From assembly GCF_035084215.1 (NCBI RefSeq), contig NC_090344.1, forward strand, positions 43,338,001 through 43,402,000: 64,000 bases of DNA. Reading direction: 5' to 3'. Made by a program: the position numbers and the translations under genes. This document shows positions 55,301 to 64,000 of this stretch, piece after piece. Every line of letters starts with the position of its first letter. Position 1 is the stretch's first letter. The stretch is from Heptranchias perlo (Eukaryota). A model generated the notes under the pieces. The model searched no databases. It saw only the letters and a program-made list of their open reading frames with translations, and was not told the DNA's origin.

Positions 55301-58300
55301 GACCCCCCCAGTGTGTGAGTATTGACCCCCCCGAGTGTGTGAGTATCGACCCCCCCCCCCGAGTGTGAGTATCGACCCCCACCGAGTGTGTGAGAATCGA
55401 CCACCCCAGTGTGTGAGTATCGACCCCCCCAGTGTGTGAGTATTGACCCCCCCGAGTGTGTGAGTATCGACCCCCCCCCCCCCGAGTGTGAGTATCGACC
55501 CCCACCGAGTGTGTGAGAATCGACCACCCCAGTGTGTGAGTATCGACCCCCCCAGTGTGTGAGTATCGACCCCCCCAGTGTGTGAGTATCGACCCCCCCA
55601 GTGTGTGAGTATCGACCCCCCCAGTGTGTGAGTATCGACCCCCCCAGTGTGTGAGTATTGACCCCCCCGAGTGTGTGAGTATCGACCCCCCCCCCCCCCC
55701 CGAGTGTGTGAGTATCGACCCCCACCGAGTGTGTGAGAATCGACCACCCCAGTGTGTGAGTATCGACCCCCACTGTCTGTGAGTCCCTACCCCCCGTTTG
55801 TGAGTCCCGACTCCTCCCGTGTGTGAATCCTGAACCCACCCGTGTGTGAGTCCCGAGCCCCCCCCCAAGTTTGTGAGTCCCGACTCCCCCCGTGTGTGAG
55901 TCTCGACCCCCCCCCCCCCAGCATGTGAGTCTCGACCCCCTCAGCATGTGAGTCTCGACCCCCCCCAGTGTGTGAGCCTCGACCCCTCCCCAGTGTGTGA
56001 GCCTCGACCCCCCCGCAATGTGAGCCTCGACACCCCCCCCCAGTGTGTGAGCCTCGACCCCCCGCAGTGTGTGAGCCTCGACCCCCCCCCCGCAATGTGA
56101 GCCTCGACACCCCCCCCAGTGTGTGAGCCTCGACGCCCCCCCTCCCCAGTGCGTGAGTCTCGCCCCCTCTGCGAGTGAGGCGCCCGACCCCTCTGCGAGT
56201 GAGGCGCCCGACCCCTCTGCGAGTGAGGCGCTCGACCCCTCTGCGAGTGAGGCGCTCGACCCCTCTGCGAGTGAGGCACTCGACCCCTCTGCGAGTGAGG
56301 CGCTCGACCCCCCAGCGAGTGAGGCGCTCGACCCCCCAGCGAGTGAGGCGCTCGACCCCTCTGCGAGTGAGGCGCTCGCTCCCTCTGCGAGTGAGGCGCC
56401 CGACCCCTCTGCGAGTGAGGCGCCCGACCCCTCTGCGAGTGAGGCGCCCGACCCCTCTGCGAGTGAGGCGCCCGACCCCTCTGCGAGTGAGGCGCCAGAC
56501 CCCTCTGCGAGTGAGGCGCCCGACCCCTCTGCGAGTGAGGCGCCCGACCCCTCTGCGAGTGAGGCGCCCGACCCCTCTGCGAGTGAGGCGCTCGACCCCC
56601 CAGCGAGTGAGGCGCTCGACCCCTCTGCGAGTGAGGCGCCCGACCCCTCAGCGAGTGAGGCGCTCGAACCCTCTGCGAGTGAGGCGCCCGGCCCCTCTGC
56701 GAGTGAGGCGCTCGACCCCCCAGCGAGTGAGGCGCTCGACCCCCCCAGCGAGTGAGGCGCTCGACCCCTCTGCGAGTGAGGCGCTCGACCCCCCAGCGAG
56801 TGAGGCGCTCGACCCCCCAGCGAGTGAGGCACTCGACCCCTCTGCGAGTGAGGCGCCCGACCCCCCAGCGAGTGAGGCGCTCGACCCCCCAGCGAGTGAG
56901 GCGCTCGACCCCTCTGCGAGTGAGGCGCCCGACCCCCCAGCGAGTGAGGCGCTCGACCCCCCAGCGAGTGAGGCGCTCGACCCCCCAGCGAGTGAGGCGC
57001 CCGACCCCTCTGCGAGTGAGGCGCCCGACCCCCCAGCGAGTGAGGCGCCCGACCCCCCAGCGAGTGAGGCGCTCGACCCCTCTGCGAGTGAGGCGCTCGA
57101 CCCCCCAGCGAGTGAGGCGCTCGACCCCCCAGCGAGTGAGGCGCTCGACCCCTCTGCGAGTGAGGCGCTCGACCCCCCAGCGAGTGAGGCGCTCGACCCC
57201 TCTGCGAGTGAGGCGCTCGACCCCTCTGCGAGTGAGGCGCCCGACCCCTCTGCGAGTGAGGCGCCCGACCCCCCAGCGAGTGAGGCGCTCGACCCCTCTG
57301 CGAGTGAGGCGCTCGACCCCTCTGCGAGTGAGGCGCTCGACCCCCCAGCGAGTGAGGCGCTCGACCCCTCTGCGAGTGAGGCGCCCGACCCCTCTGCGAG
57401 TGAGGCGCCCGACCCCTCTGCGAGTGAGGCGCCCGACCCCTCTGCGAGTGAGGCGCCCGACCCCTCTGCGAGTGAGGCGCCCGACCCCTCTGCGAGTGAG
57501 GCGCCCGACCCCTCTGCGAGTGAGGCGCCCGACCCCTCTGTGAGTGAGGCGCTCGACCCCCCAGCGAGTGAGGCGCTCGACCCCTCTGCGAGTGAGGCGC
57601 TCGACCCCTCTGCGAGTGAGGCGCCCGACCCCTCTGCGAGTGAGGCGCCCGACCCCTCTGCGAGTGAGGCGCCCGACCCCTCTGCGAGTGAGGCGCCCGA
57701 CCCCCCAGCGAGTGAGGCGCTCGACCCCTCTGCGAGTGAGGCGCTCGACCCCTCTGCGAGTGAGGCGCCCGACCCCTCTGCGAGTGAGGCGCCCGACCCC
57801 TCTGCGAGTGAGGCGCCCGACCCCTCTGCGAGTGAGGCGCCCGACCCCTCTGCGAGTGAGGCGCCCGACCCCTCTGCGAGTGAGGCGCCCGACCCCTCTG
57901 CGAGTGAGGCGCCCGACCCCTCTGCGAGTGAGGCGCCCTACCCCTCTGCGAGTGAGGCGCCCGACCCCTCAGCGAGTGAGGCGCCCGACCCCTCAGCGAG
58001 TGAGGCGCCCGACCCCTCTGCGAGTGAGGCGCTCGACCCCCCAGCGAGTGAGGCGCCCGACCCCTCTGCGAGTGAGGCGCTCGCCCCCCAGCGAGTGAGG
58101 CGCTCGACCCCTCTGCGAGTGAGGCGCTCGACCCCTCAGTGTTTGGGAAGTTTATGCCCACCAGTGTCTGAGCCTCAGCCCTTCGATCTTTCTCCCCTGT
58201 TCTACCTGGAGGACAGAATGTTATGTTTTATTTGACTCTCTCCAGACAATATTAGACTTGAACTTACCAATGACTGTGAGCAGGGTATAGTCCAGAAAGA

Positions 58301-58391
58301 GTGCAATATAAACAATAACGAGCACCATTGTCCTGGACTGCCTCGCCTTCCTCAGCCATGGCCGTATTCTCCACTCCTTTATCCATGTCAT
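37271..58391 (-). CDS. SLC18A1: Vesicular monoamine transporter, SLC18A1/VMAT1-like (divergent), complete spliced CDS, 521 aa
   Basis: complement(join(37271-37384,39757-39890,40831-40950,42478-42541,42655-42706,44003-44081,44267-44362,46176-46236,47016-47059,48465-48554,48981-49073,50592-50675,51256-51314,52293-52644,58268-58391)) = 1566 nt with no stops, all GT-AG, 15 coding exons as in VMAT1/2. VMAT1-like diagnostics: [24 protein letters not shown] in TM12 and EFP in the tail. One-to-one orthology versus paralogy is not established. Confidence 0.85.
39757..39890 (-). CDS. SLC18A1: SLC18A1-like coding exon 14
   Basis: [44 protein letters not shown]. Confidence 0.95.
40831..40950 (-). CDS. 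SLC18A1: SLC18A1-like coding exon 13
   Basis: [39 protein letters not shown]. Confidence 0.95.
42478..42541 (-). CDS. SLC18A1: SLC18A1-like coding exon 12
   Basis: [21 protein letters not shown]. Confidence 0.93.
42655..42706 (-). CDS. SLC18A1: SLC18A1-like coding exon 11
   Basis: [17 protein letters not shown]. Confidence 0.93.
43073..43745 (+). mobile_element. Solo LTR (673 bp), retrovirus-like, antisense in an SLC18A intron
   Basis: Ends TGAG...GTCA with 4-bp TSD GGTG (43069-43072 and 43746-43749). Two ATTGG boxes, TATAAA at 43561-43566 and ATTAAA at 43664-43669. Confidence 0.8.
44003..44081 (-). CDS. SLC18A1: SLC18A1-like coding exon 10
   Basis: [25 protein letters not shown]. Confidence 0.95.
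44267..44362 (-). CDS. SLC18A1: SLC18A1-like coding exon 9
   Basis: [31 protein letters not shown]. Confidence 0.95.
44865..45230 (-). mobile_element. Non-LTR retroelement fragment sharing the 3' end of the 60510-63375 LINE family
   Basis: CATTCTTGGGATGTGGGCGTCACTGGCAAG..GCATTTATTGCC is the near reverse complement of 63320-63365. Confidence 0.65.
45451..46094. mobile_element. GC-rich non-autonomous DNA-transposon-like element (related inverted copy at about 53631-54285)
   Basis: Both copies share the GGCCCCGATATTT terminus and the internal GAGCACTCCTGCTCCTCCTGGCCCACA and GGTCCTGCC..AATTTAACG blocks. Harbinger-type assignment is inference. Confidence 0.6.
46176..46236 (-). CDS. SLC18A1: SLC18A1-like coding exon 8
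   Basis: [20 protein letters not shown]. Confidence 0.95.
47016..47059 (-). CDS. SLC18A1: SLC18A1-like coding exon 7
   Basis: [14 protein letters not shown]|gtaagt. Confidence 0.92.
48465..48554 (-). CDS. SLC18A1: SLC18A1-like coding exon 6
   Basis: [29 protein letters not shown]. Confidence 0.95.
48981..49073 (-). CDS. SLC18A1: SLC18A1-like coding exon 5
   Basis: [30 protein letters not shown]. Confidence 0.95.
50592..50675 (-). CDS. SLC18A1: SLC18A1-like coding exon 4
   Basis: [27 protein letters not shown]. Confidence 0.95.
51256..51314 (-). CDS. SLC18A1: SLC18A1-like coding exon 3
   Basis: [19 protein letters not shown]. Confidence 0.93.
52293..52644 (-). CDS. SLC18A1: SLC18A1-like coding exon 2
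   Basis: PIIPSYLY..luminal loop..[29 protein letters not shown]. Confidence 0.95.
54520..58140. repeat. 3.6-kb compound GC-rich minisatellite in the first coding intron of SLC18A
   Basis: ~21-22-bp GTGTGTGAGT(C/A)TCGACCCCCCA units grade into ~24-bp GCGAGTGAGGCGC(C/T)CGACCCC(TCT/CCA) units from about 56150. Confidence 0.97.
58268..58391 (-). CDS. SLC18A1: SLC18A1-like coding exon 1
   Basis: [41 protein letters not shown]|gtaagt. Confidence 0.88.
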
Positions 58392-60062
58392 CCTTTCGGA
58401 CCCAGCGGGTAGGTTTGATCAGCTCTTTTACACACCTGGAACAACTCATAACATTACTCATCAGATGCAGGCGACACCAGCCGCTGCCCCTAATAACAGC
58501 ATTAAATATCATAGGCTAATGAGAGGTATTGAGGAGAATCGAAACAGAAACAATCAGTAAGTCCAGCTTCTCTCTGCCCCAGCTGAGACTGGCATACTCC
58601 CACGTGGCAGAAACCTGCATACAGATGCAAATGGTAACTGGGATTTAGATATAGCTCTTTGGTTTAATAGCCCACCATTCCAATGCTGCAGTTGAAATAA
58701 CACTCAAAATATGTTGTTCCCATTTGCACCAGCTCAGGGCTCTTTCTGTGGTGTCATTGTGTAAACAGAAGAAATGTTGCAGGTAGTGAGGGATTGGAGG
58801 GGGGCAAGGGGGAGGGGAGGGGAGAGGTGGGAGGAGCCTGAACTTAATGCCTTCTGTCACAGGCAAATATAATACCAACTGTGCCAAGCTAACATATTGG
58901 CTTTACAGGAACAATGTGACGTGATCTTGAGTCTCCAAATCCAAGGGCTCATTAAACCTGCAACTGAATGTTGAATTCAGGGACTCCTTCATGAGTGCGA
59001 AGACTGTAACTCACAATCTGTGTGAGCTGTGAGCTCAGGGAAGCAGCTTAATCTGGCTCTTGGTGGCCAATTCCTCAGACAAGTCCAGCTTCAGCTCCCT
59101 TCACTTTGCAAGTGTCTTATTTGAGACCTCAGCAAAACCTCACCTCCAGTTTGGACAGTTCAACAGGAAGCACTCAGGATTCAGGGATGTTTTCCTGATA
59201 CAAATGCTATTGCTTTAAATGAATTGGATGGGCATTAGAAGTATTAGGGAACCAGATTCACCTGGTGTTTTGTGTGACCTCTCCTCACCCCTCTTAAATA
59301 GTGTGGAACTGATCAGTTGGATAATCAGAATTATGGGGTAAATTGGAAAAGAGAACAAAAGGGAGACAAACAGAGTGGAAATGGAAAAGTGAAATATTCG
59401 ACAACACAAAGAATAAAAGTACTGACTAGAAAAAACTAAATTCTCAGCTCAATGGAATATTGCCATCTGTTTGTAAAGTTGAAATCTAAAGTAGAAGCAC
59501 AGAATCATAGAATCTTACAACACAGAAGGAGGCCATTCAGCCCATCGTGCCTGTGCCAGCTCTTTGAAAGAGCTATCCAATTAGTCCTACTCCCCTGCAA
59601 TTTTTTCCTTTCCAAGTATTTATCCAATTTCCTTTTGAACGTTACTATTGAATCTGCTTCCACCACCCTCTCAGGCAGTGCATTCCTGATCATAACAACT
59701 CCCTGCGTAAAAACATTTCTTTTCATCTCCCGCTCTGGTTAGCCGGCGCGGACTCGATGGGCCGAATGGTCCTGTAACCTTTCTATGGTTCTTTTGCCAA
59801 TTGTGTTAAATCTTTGTCCTCTGGTTATCGACTCTCCTGCCAGTGGAAACAGTTTCTCCCTATCTATTCTATCAAAACACTTAATAATTTTGAACACTTC
59901 TGTTAAATCTCCCATTAACCTTCTTAATAGTTTGTGCAGAATAAACCTAAAGATGACCATCCAATTGTGGCTACATGTACATGACTAAGAGGCTTTGCTT
60001 TTTACCTTATTTAAGTTCAGCAGCAAAACAGCGTTTGTATCATTTAACAATTCAATGCTTAC

Positions 60063-60254
60063 CTCTTCCACAGTGTGCTGTGCTGCTGGAGTTAGCAGAC
60101 TGCTGTCTGCTTCGGTTTATGGTCTGCACTGTTTCAGCCGTCGTCGGATATGAAGAGAAACCTTTTTATGAGTAGAATCTAATAAAGGATCCCAAACAAA
60201 ACGTAGTCTACAAAGCTGCTGCTTCCCTGCGTCAGTGCAGGAGGAAATGAGTCA
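60063..60254 (-). promoter_or_regulatory. Putative SLC18A promoter and non-coding first exon
   Basis: Minus strand: AP-1 TGACTCA at 60248-60254, CRE-like TGACGCA at 60228-60234, TATA-like CATAAAAA at 60163-60170, then a strong donor GAG|GTAAGC at 60063/60062. Candidate acceptor for the ATG exon at about 58490. Confidence 0.5.
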
Positions 60255-60509
60255 GGTACAGGGCTTCGTTTGGACAGAACAAGGAGAGTTTAACATTGCT
60301 GTGATTTGTTTGCTCAAGAAGATAATCTCTATTCAAACCTATTCACCTTGCTTCTGCAGTTTGGTCATTTCAGATCTTCCATTGATCCTTTGAGGGTTGA
60401 AGCATCCATTGCAGAAAACTGTTGAAAACTTACAATTCTTTTTGTTAATTCAGACAGTTTACAATAAGAAATGTTCTTTTTTAAGTATGCTTCGTAGAAA
60501 ATAACGATA

Positions 60510-63375
60510 GAAGAATAAAACCGGACGGACCACCCGGCATCGGACCACTGGGCACCGGACACGACAAAGGCAAACCAAGCCTGTAAAGTCCTCCTCACTA
60601 ACATCTGGGGACTTGTGCCAAAATTGGGAGAGCTGTCCCACAGACTAGTCAAGCAACAGCCTGACATAGCCGTACTCACAGAATCATATCTTTCAGCCAA
60701 CGTCCCAGACTCTTCCATCACCACCCCTGGGTATGTCCTGTCCCACCGCCAGAGGTGGCGGTACAGTGATATACAGTCAGAAGGGAGTGGTCCTGGGAGT
60801 CCTCAACATTAACTCTGGACCCCATGAAATCTCATAGCATCAGGTCAAACATGGGCAAGGAAACCTCCTGCTGATTACCACCTACCGCCCTCCCTCAGCT
60901 GATGAATCAGTCCTCCTCCCTGTTGAACACCACTTGGAGGAAGCACTGAGGGTGGCAAGGGCACAGAATGTACTCTGGGTGGTGGACTTCAATTTCCATC
61001 ACCAAGAGTGGCTCGGTAGCACCACTACTGACCGAGCTGGCCGAGTCCTAAAGCACATAGCTGCCAGACTGGGCCTGCGGCAGGTGGTGAGTGAACCAAC
61101 ACGAGGGAAAAACTTACTTGACCTCGTCCTCACCAATCTACCTGTCGCAAATGCATCTGTCCATGACAGTATTGGTAGGAGTGACCACCGCACAGTCCTC
61201 ATGGAGACGAAGTCCCGTCTTCACACTGAGGACACCATCCAACGTGTTGTGTGGCACTACCACCGTGCTAAATGGGATAGATTCAGAACAGATCTAGCAG
61301 CTCAAAACTGGGCATCCATGAGCCGCTGTGGGCCATCAGCAGCAGCAGCAGAATTGTATTCCAGCACAATCTGTATCCTCATGGCCCAGCATATTCCTCA
61401 CTCTACCATTACCAATAAGCCAGGGAATCAATTCTGGTTCAATGAGAAGTGTAGAAAAGCATGCAAGGAGCAGCACCAGGTGTACCGAAAAATGAGGTGC
61501 CAACCTGGTGAAGCTACAACTCAGGACTACATGCATGCTAAACAATGGAAGCAACATGCTATAGACAGAGCTAAGCGATTCCACAACCAACGGATCAGAT
61601 CAAAGTTCTGCAGTCCTGCCACATCCAGTTGTGAATGGTGGTGGACAATTAAACAACTAACGGGAGGAGGAGGCTTTGCAAACATCCCCATCCTCAATGC
61701 TGGCGGAGTCCAGCACATGAGTGCAAAAGACAAGGCTGAAGCATTTGCAACCATCTTCAGCCAGAAGTGCCGAGTGGGTGATCCATCTCGGCCTCCTCCC
61801 AATATTCCCACCATCACAGAAGCCAGTCTTCAGCCAATTCGATTCACTCCACGTGATATCAAGAAATGGCTGAGTGCACTGGACACAGCAAAGGCTATGG
61901 ACCCCGACAACATCCTGGCTGTAGTGCTGAAGACTTGTGCTCCAGAACTAGCTGCACCTCCAGCCAAACTGTTCCAGTACAGCTGCAACACTGGCATCTA
62001 CCCGACAATGTGGAAAATTGCCCAGGTATGTCCTGTCCACAAAAAGCACTGTCATCGATAGTGCTATCAAGCGACACTTACTCACCAATAACCTGCTCAC
62101 CGATGCTCAGTTTGGGTTCCGCCAGGACCACTCGGCTCCAGACCTCATTACAGCCTTGGTCCAAACATGGACAAAAGAGCTGAATTCCAGAGGTGAGGTG
62201 ACTGCCCTTGACATCAAGGCAGCATTTGACCGAGTGTGGCACCAAGGAGCCCTCGTAAAATTGAAGTCAATGGGAATCAGGGGGAGAACTCTCCAGTGGC
62301 TGGAGTCATACCTAGCACAAAGGAAGATGGTCGTGGTTGTTGGAGGCTAATCGTATCAGCCCCAGGACATTGCTGCACGAGTTCCTCAGGGCAGTGTCCT
62401 AGGCCCAACCATCTTCAGCTGCTTCATCAATGACCTTCCCTCCATCATACGGTCAGAAATGGGGATGTGCGCTGATGATTGCACAGTGTTCAGTTCCATT
62501 CGCAACCCCTCAAATAATGAAGCAGTCCGAGCCCGCATGCAGCAAGACCTGGACAACATCCAGGCTTGGGCTGATAAGTGGCAAGTAACATTCGCGCCAG
62601 ACAAGTGCTAAGCAATGGCTATCTCCAACAAGAGAGAGTCTAACCATCTCTCCTTGACATTCAACGGCATTACCATCGCTGAATCCCCCACCATCAACAT
62701 CCTGGGGGTCACCATTGACCAGAAACTTAACTGGACCAGCCATATAAATACTGTGGCTACAAGAGCAGGTCAGAGGCTGGGTATTCTGTGGCGAGTGATT
62801 CACCTCCTGACTCCCCAGAGCCTTTCCACCATCTACAAGGCACAAGTCAGGAGTGTGATGGAATACTTTCCACTTGCCTGGATGAGTGCAGCTCCAACAA
62901 CACTCAAGAAACTCAACACCATCCAGGACAAAGCAGCCCGCTTGATTGGCACCCCATCCACCACCCTAAACACTCACTCCCTTCACCACCGGTGCACAGT
63001 GGCCACAGTGTGAGTTGCTGCACAGGATGCACTGCAGCAACTCACCAAGCAACTCTTCGACAGCACCTCCAAAACCCGCGACCTCTACCACCTAGAAGGA
63101 CAAGAGCAGCAGGTACAGGGGAACAACACCACCTGCATGTTCCCCTGCAAGTCACACACCATCCCGACTTGGAAATATATCACCGTTCCTTCATCGTCAC
63201 TGGGTCAAAATCCTGGAACTCCCTTCCTAAGAGCACGGTGGGAGAACCTTCACCACACAGACTGCAGCAGTTCAAGAAGGTGGCTCACCACCACCTTCTC
63301 AAGGGCAATTAGGGATGGGCAATAAATGCTGGCCCTGCCAGCGAAGCCCACATCCCATGAACGAATAAAAAAAAA
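60510..63375 (+). mobile_element. CR1/L2-group LINE with nearly complete APE endonuclease + RT ORF2 (few stops and frameshifts)
   Basis: PDIAVLTES, VDFNFHH, LDLVLTN, SDHRTV (APE); QFGFR, LDIKAAFDRVWH, PQGSVLGP, ADD (RT); ends CATCCCATGAACGAATAAAAAAAA. Confidence 0.92.
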
Positions 63376-63799
63376 GTGAATGACACACAGCTAATCCACT
63401 GCATGTACAGTGGTAAGGTTGCTGGGGAGGATGTCATTTTGGTTCATAGCAAGAGGTCAAACAGGGTCTATCAGGGTGCAGCCATAAGTACCCCAGACCA
63501 CGTTTTAAAAAAAAAGAATTTCCTTTGTTTGCACGGACAATTTTCGAATCTGTGAAAGCTGGGAAAGGACTGCAGGCCTTCTCCAGTCCCCCTTGTTAAC
63601 TGTTGGTGACGATTTTTCATTTAGTAACTGTGAGAGGGGGTCTGGCCAGTGTCTGATAACCATTATCTTGGCCAGCGTTAATAACGGAACAAATCTCATG
63701 TCCTCTTTGGATAACTTCACATTATCATCAAATATTCCCAGTGCAGGTAGCTCAAGGTGGAGCATGCAAGGTATCTTACCTTTCCACTGTTCACACCAA

Positions 63800-64000
63800 A
63801 TCCCGTTCACCCATCACCCCTATACTCGGTGACCTACATTGGCTCCGGTCCGGGACTGCCTCGATTTTGAACTTCTTATCCTTGATTTCAAATCCCTACA
63901 TGGCCTCGCCCCACCCTATCTCTGTAACTTCCTCCAGCCCGACAACCCTCCCAGATGTCTGCGCTCCTCCAATTCTGACCTCTTGCGCATCCCCAATTTT
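63800..64000 (+). mobile_element. L2 3' fragment
   Basis: Same family as 3215-3968. Other fragments at about 18260-18595, 32915-33235, 38090-38390 and 46720-46957. Confidence 0.8.

Noticed and set aside
54493-58235. 1222-aa, 686-aa and other long ORFs
   Set aside because: They are translations of a stop-free 21-24-bp minisatellite, open in several frames on both strands, inside an intron.

Overview
Vertebrate genomic DNA, most likely from a cartilaginous fish (inferred from SacSINE1/Deu-type SINEs and abundant CR1, L2 and Penelope elements). Genes were reconstructed by hand from GT-AG exons and compared with human proteins recalled from memory. Order: the 3' end of RNF122 (+); a stand-alone U13/SNORD13 snoRNA gene with an snRNA-type PSE (+); complete MAK16 (+, 10 coding exons, 293 aa); complete TTI2 (-, 7 coding exons, 520 aa); and an intact but unusually divergent vesicular monoamine transporter gene, SLC18A1/VMAT1-like (-, 15 coding exons, 521 aa). 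The rest is mostly retroelements (CR1, L2, Penelope with hammerhead ribozymes, two solo LTRs with TSDs, SINEs, a tRNA-Ile/CR1 chimera) and minisatellites. Most long ORFs in the supplied track are repeat artefacts. Best leads: substitutions at normally conserved VMAT pocket and gate residues; a five-unit CTCF-like array at the MAK16 promoter split by a Penelope insertion; a ~400-bp palindromic Penelope derivative with two hammerhead ribozymes and a 14-bp TSD; a tRNA-LINE chimera; and a gene order that differs from human 8p12. No database searches were run, and repeat boundaries are approximate.
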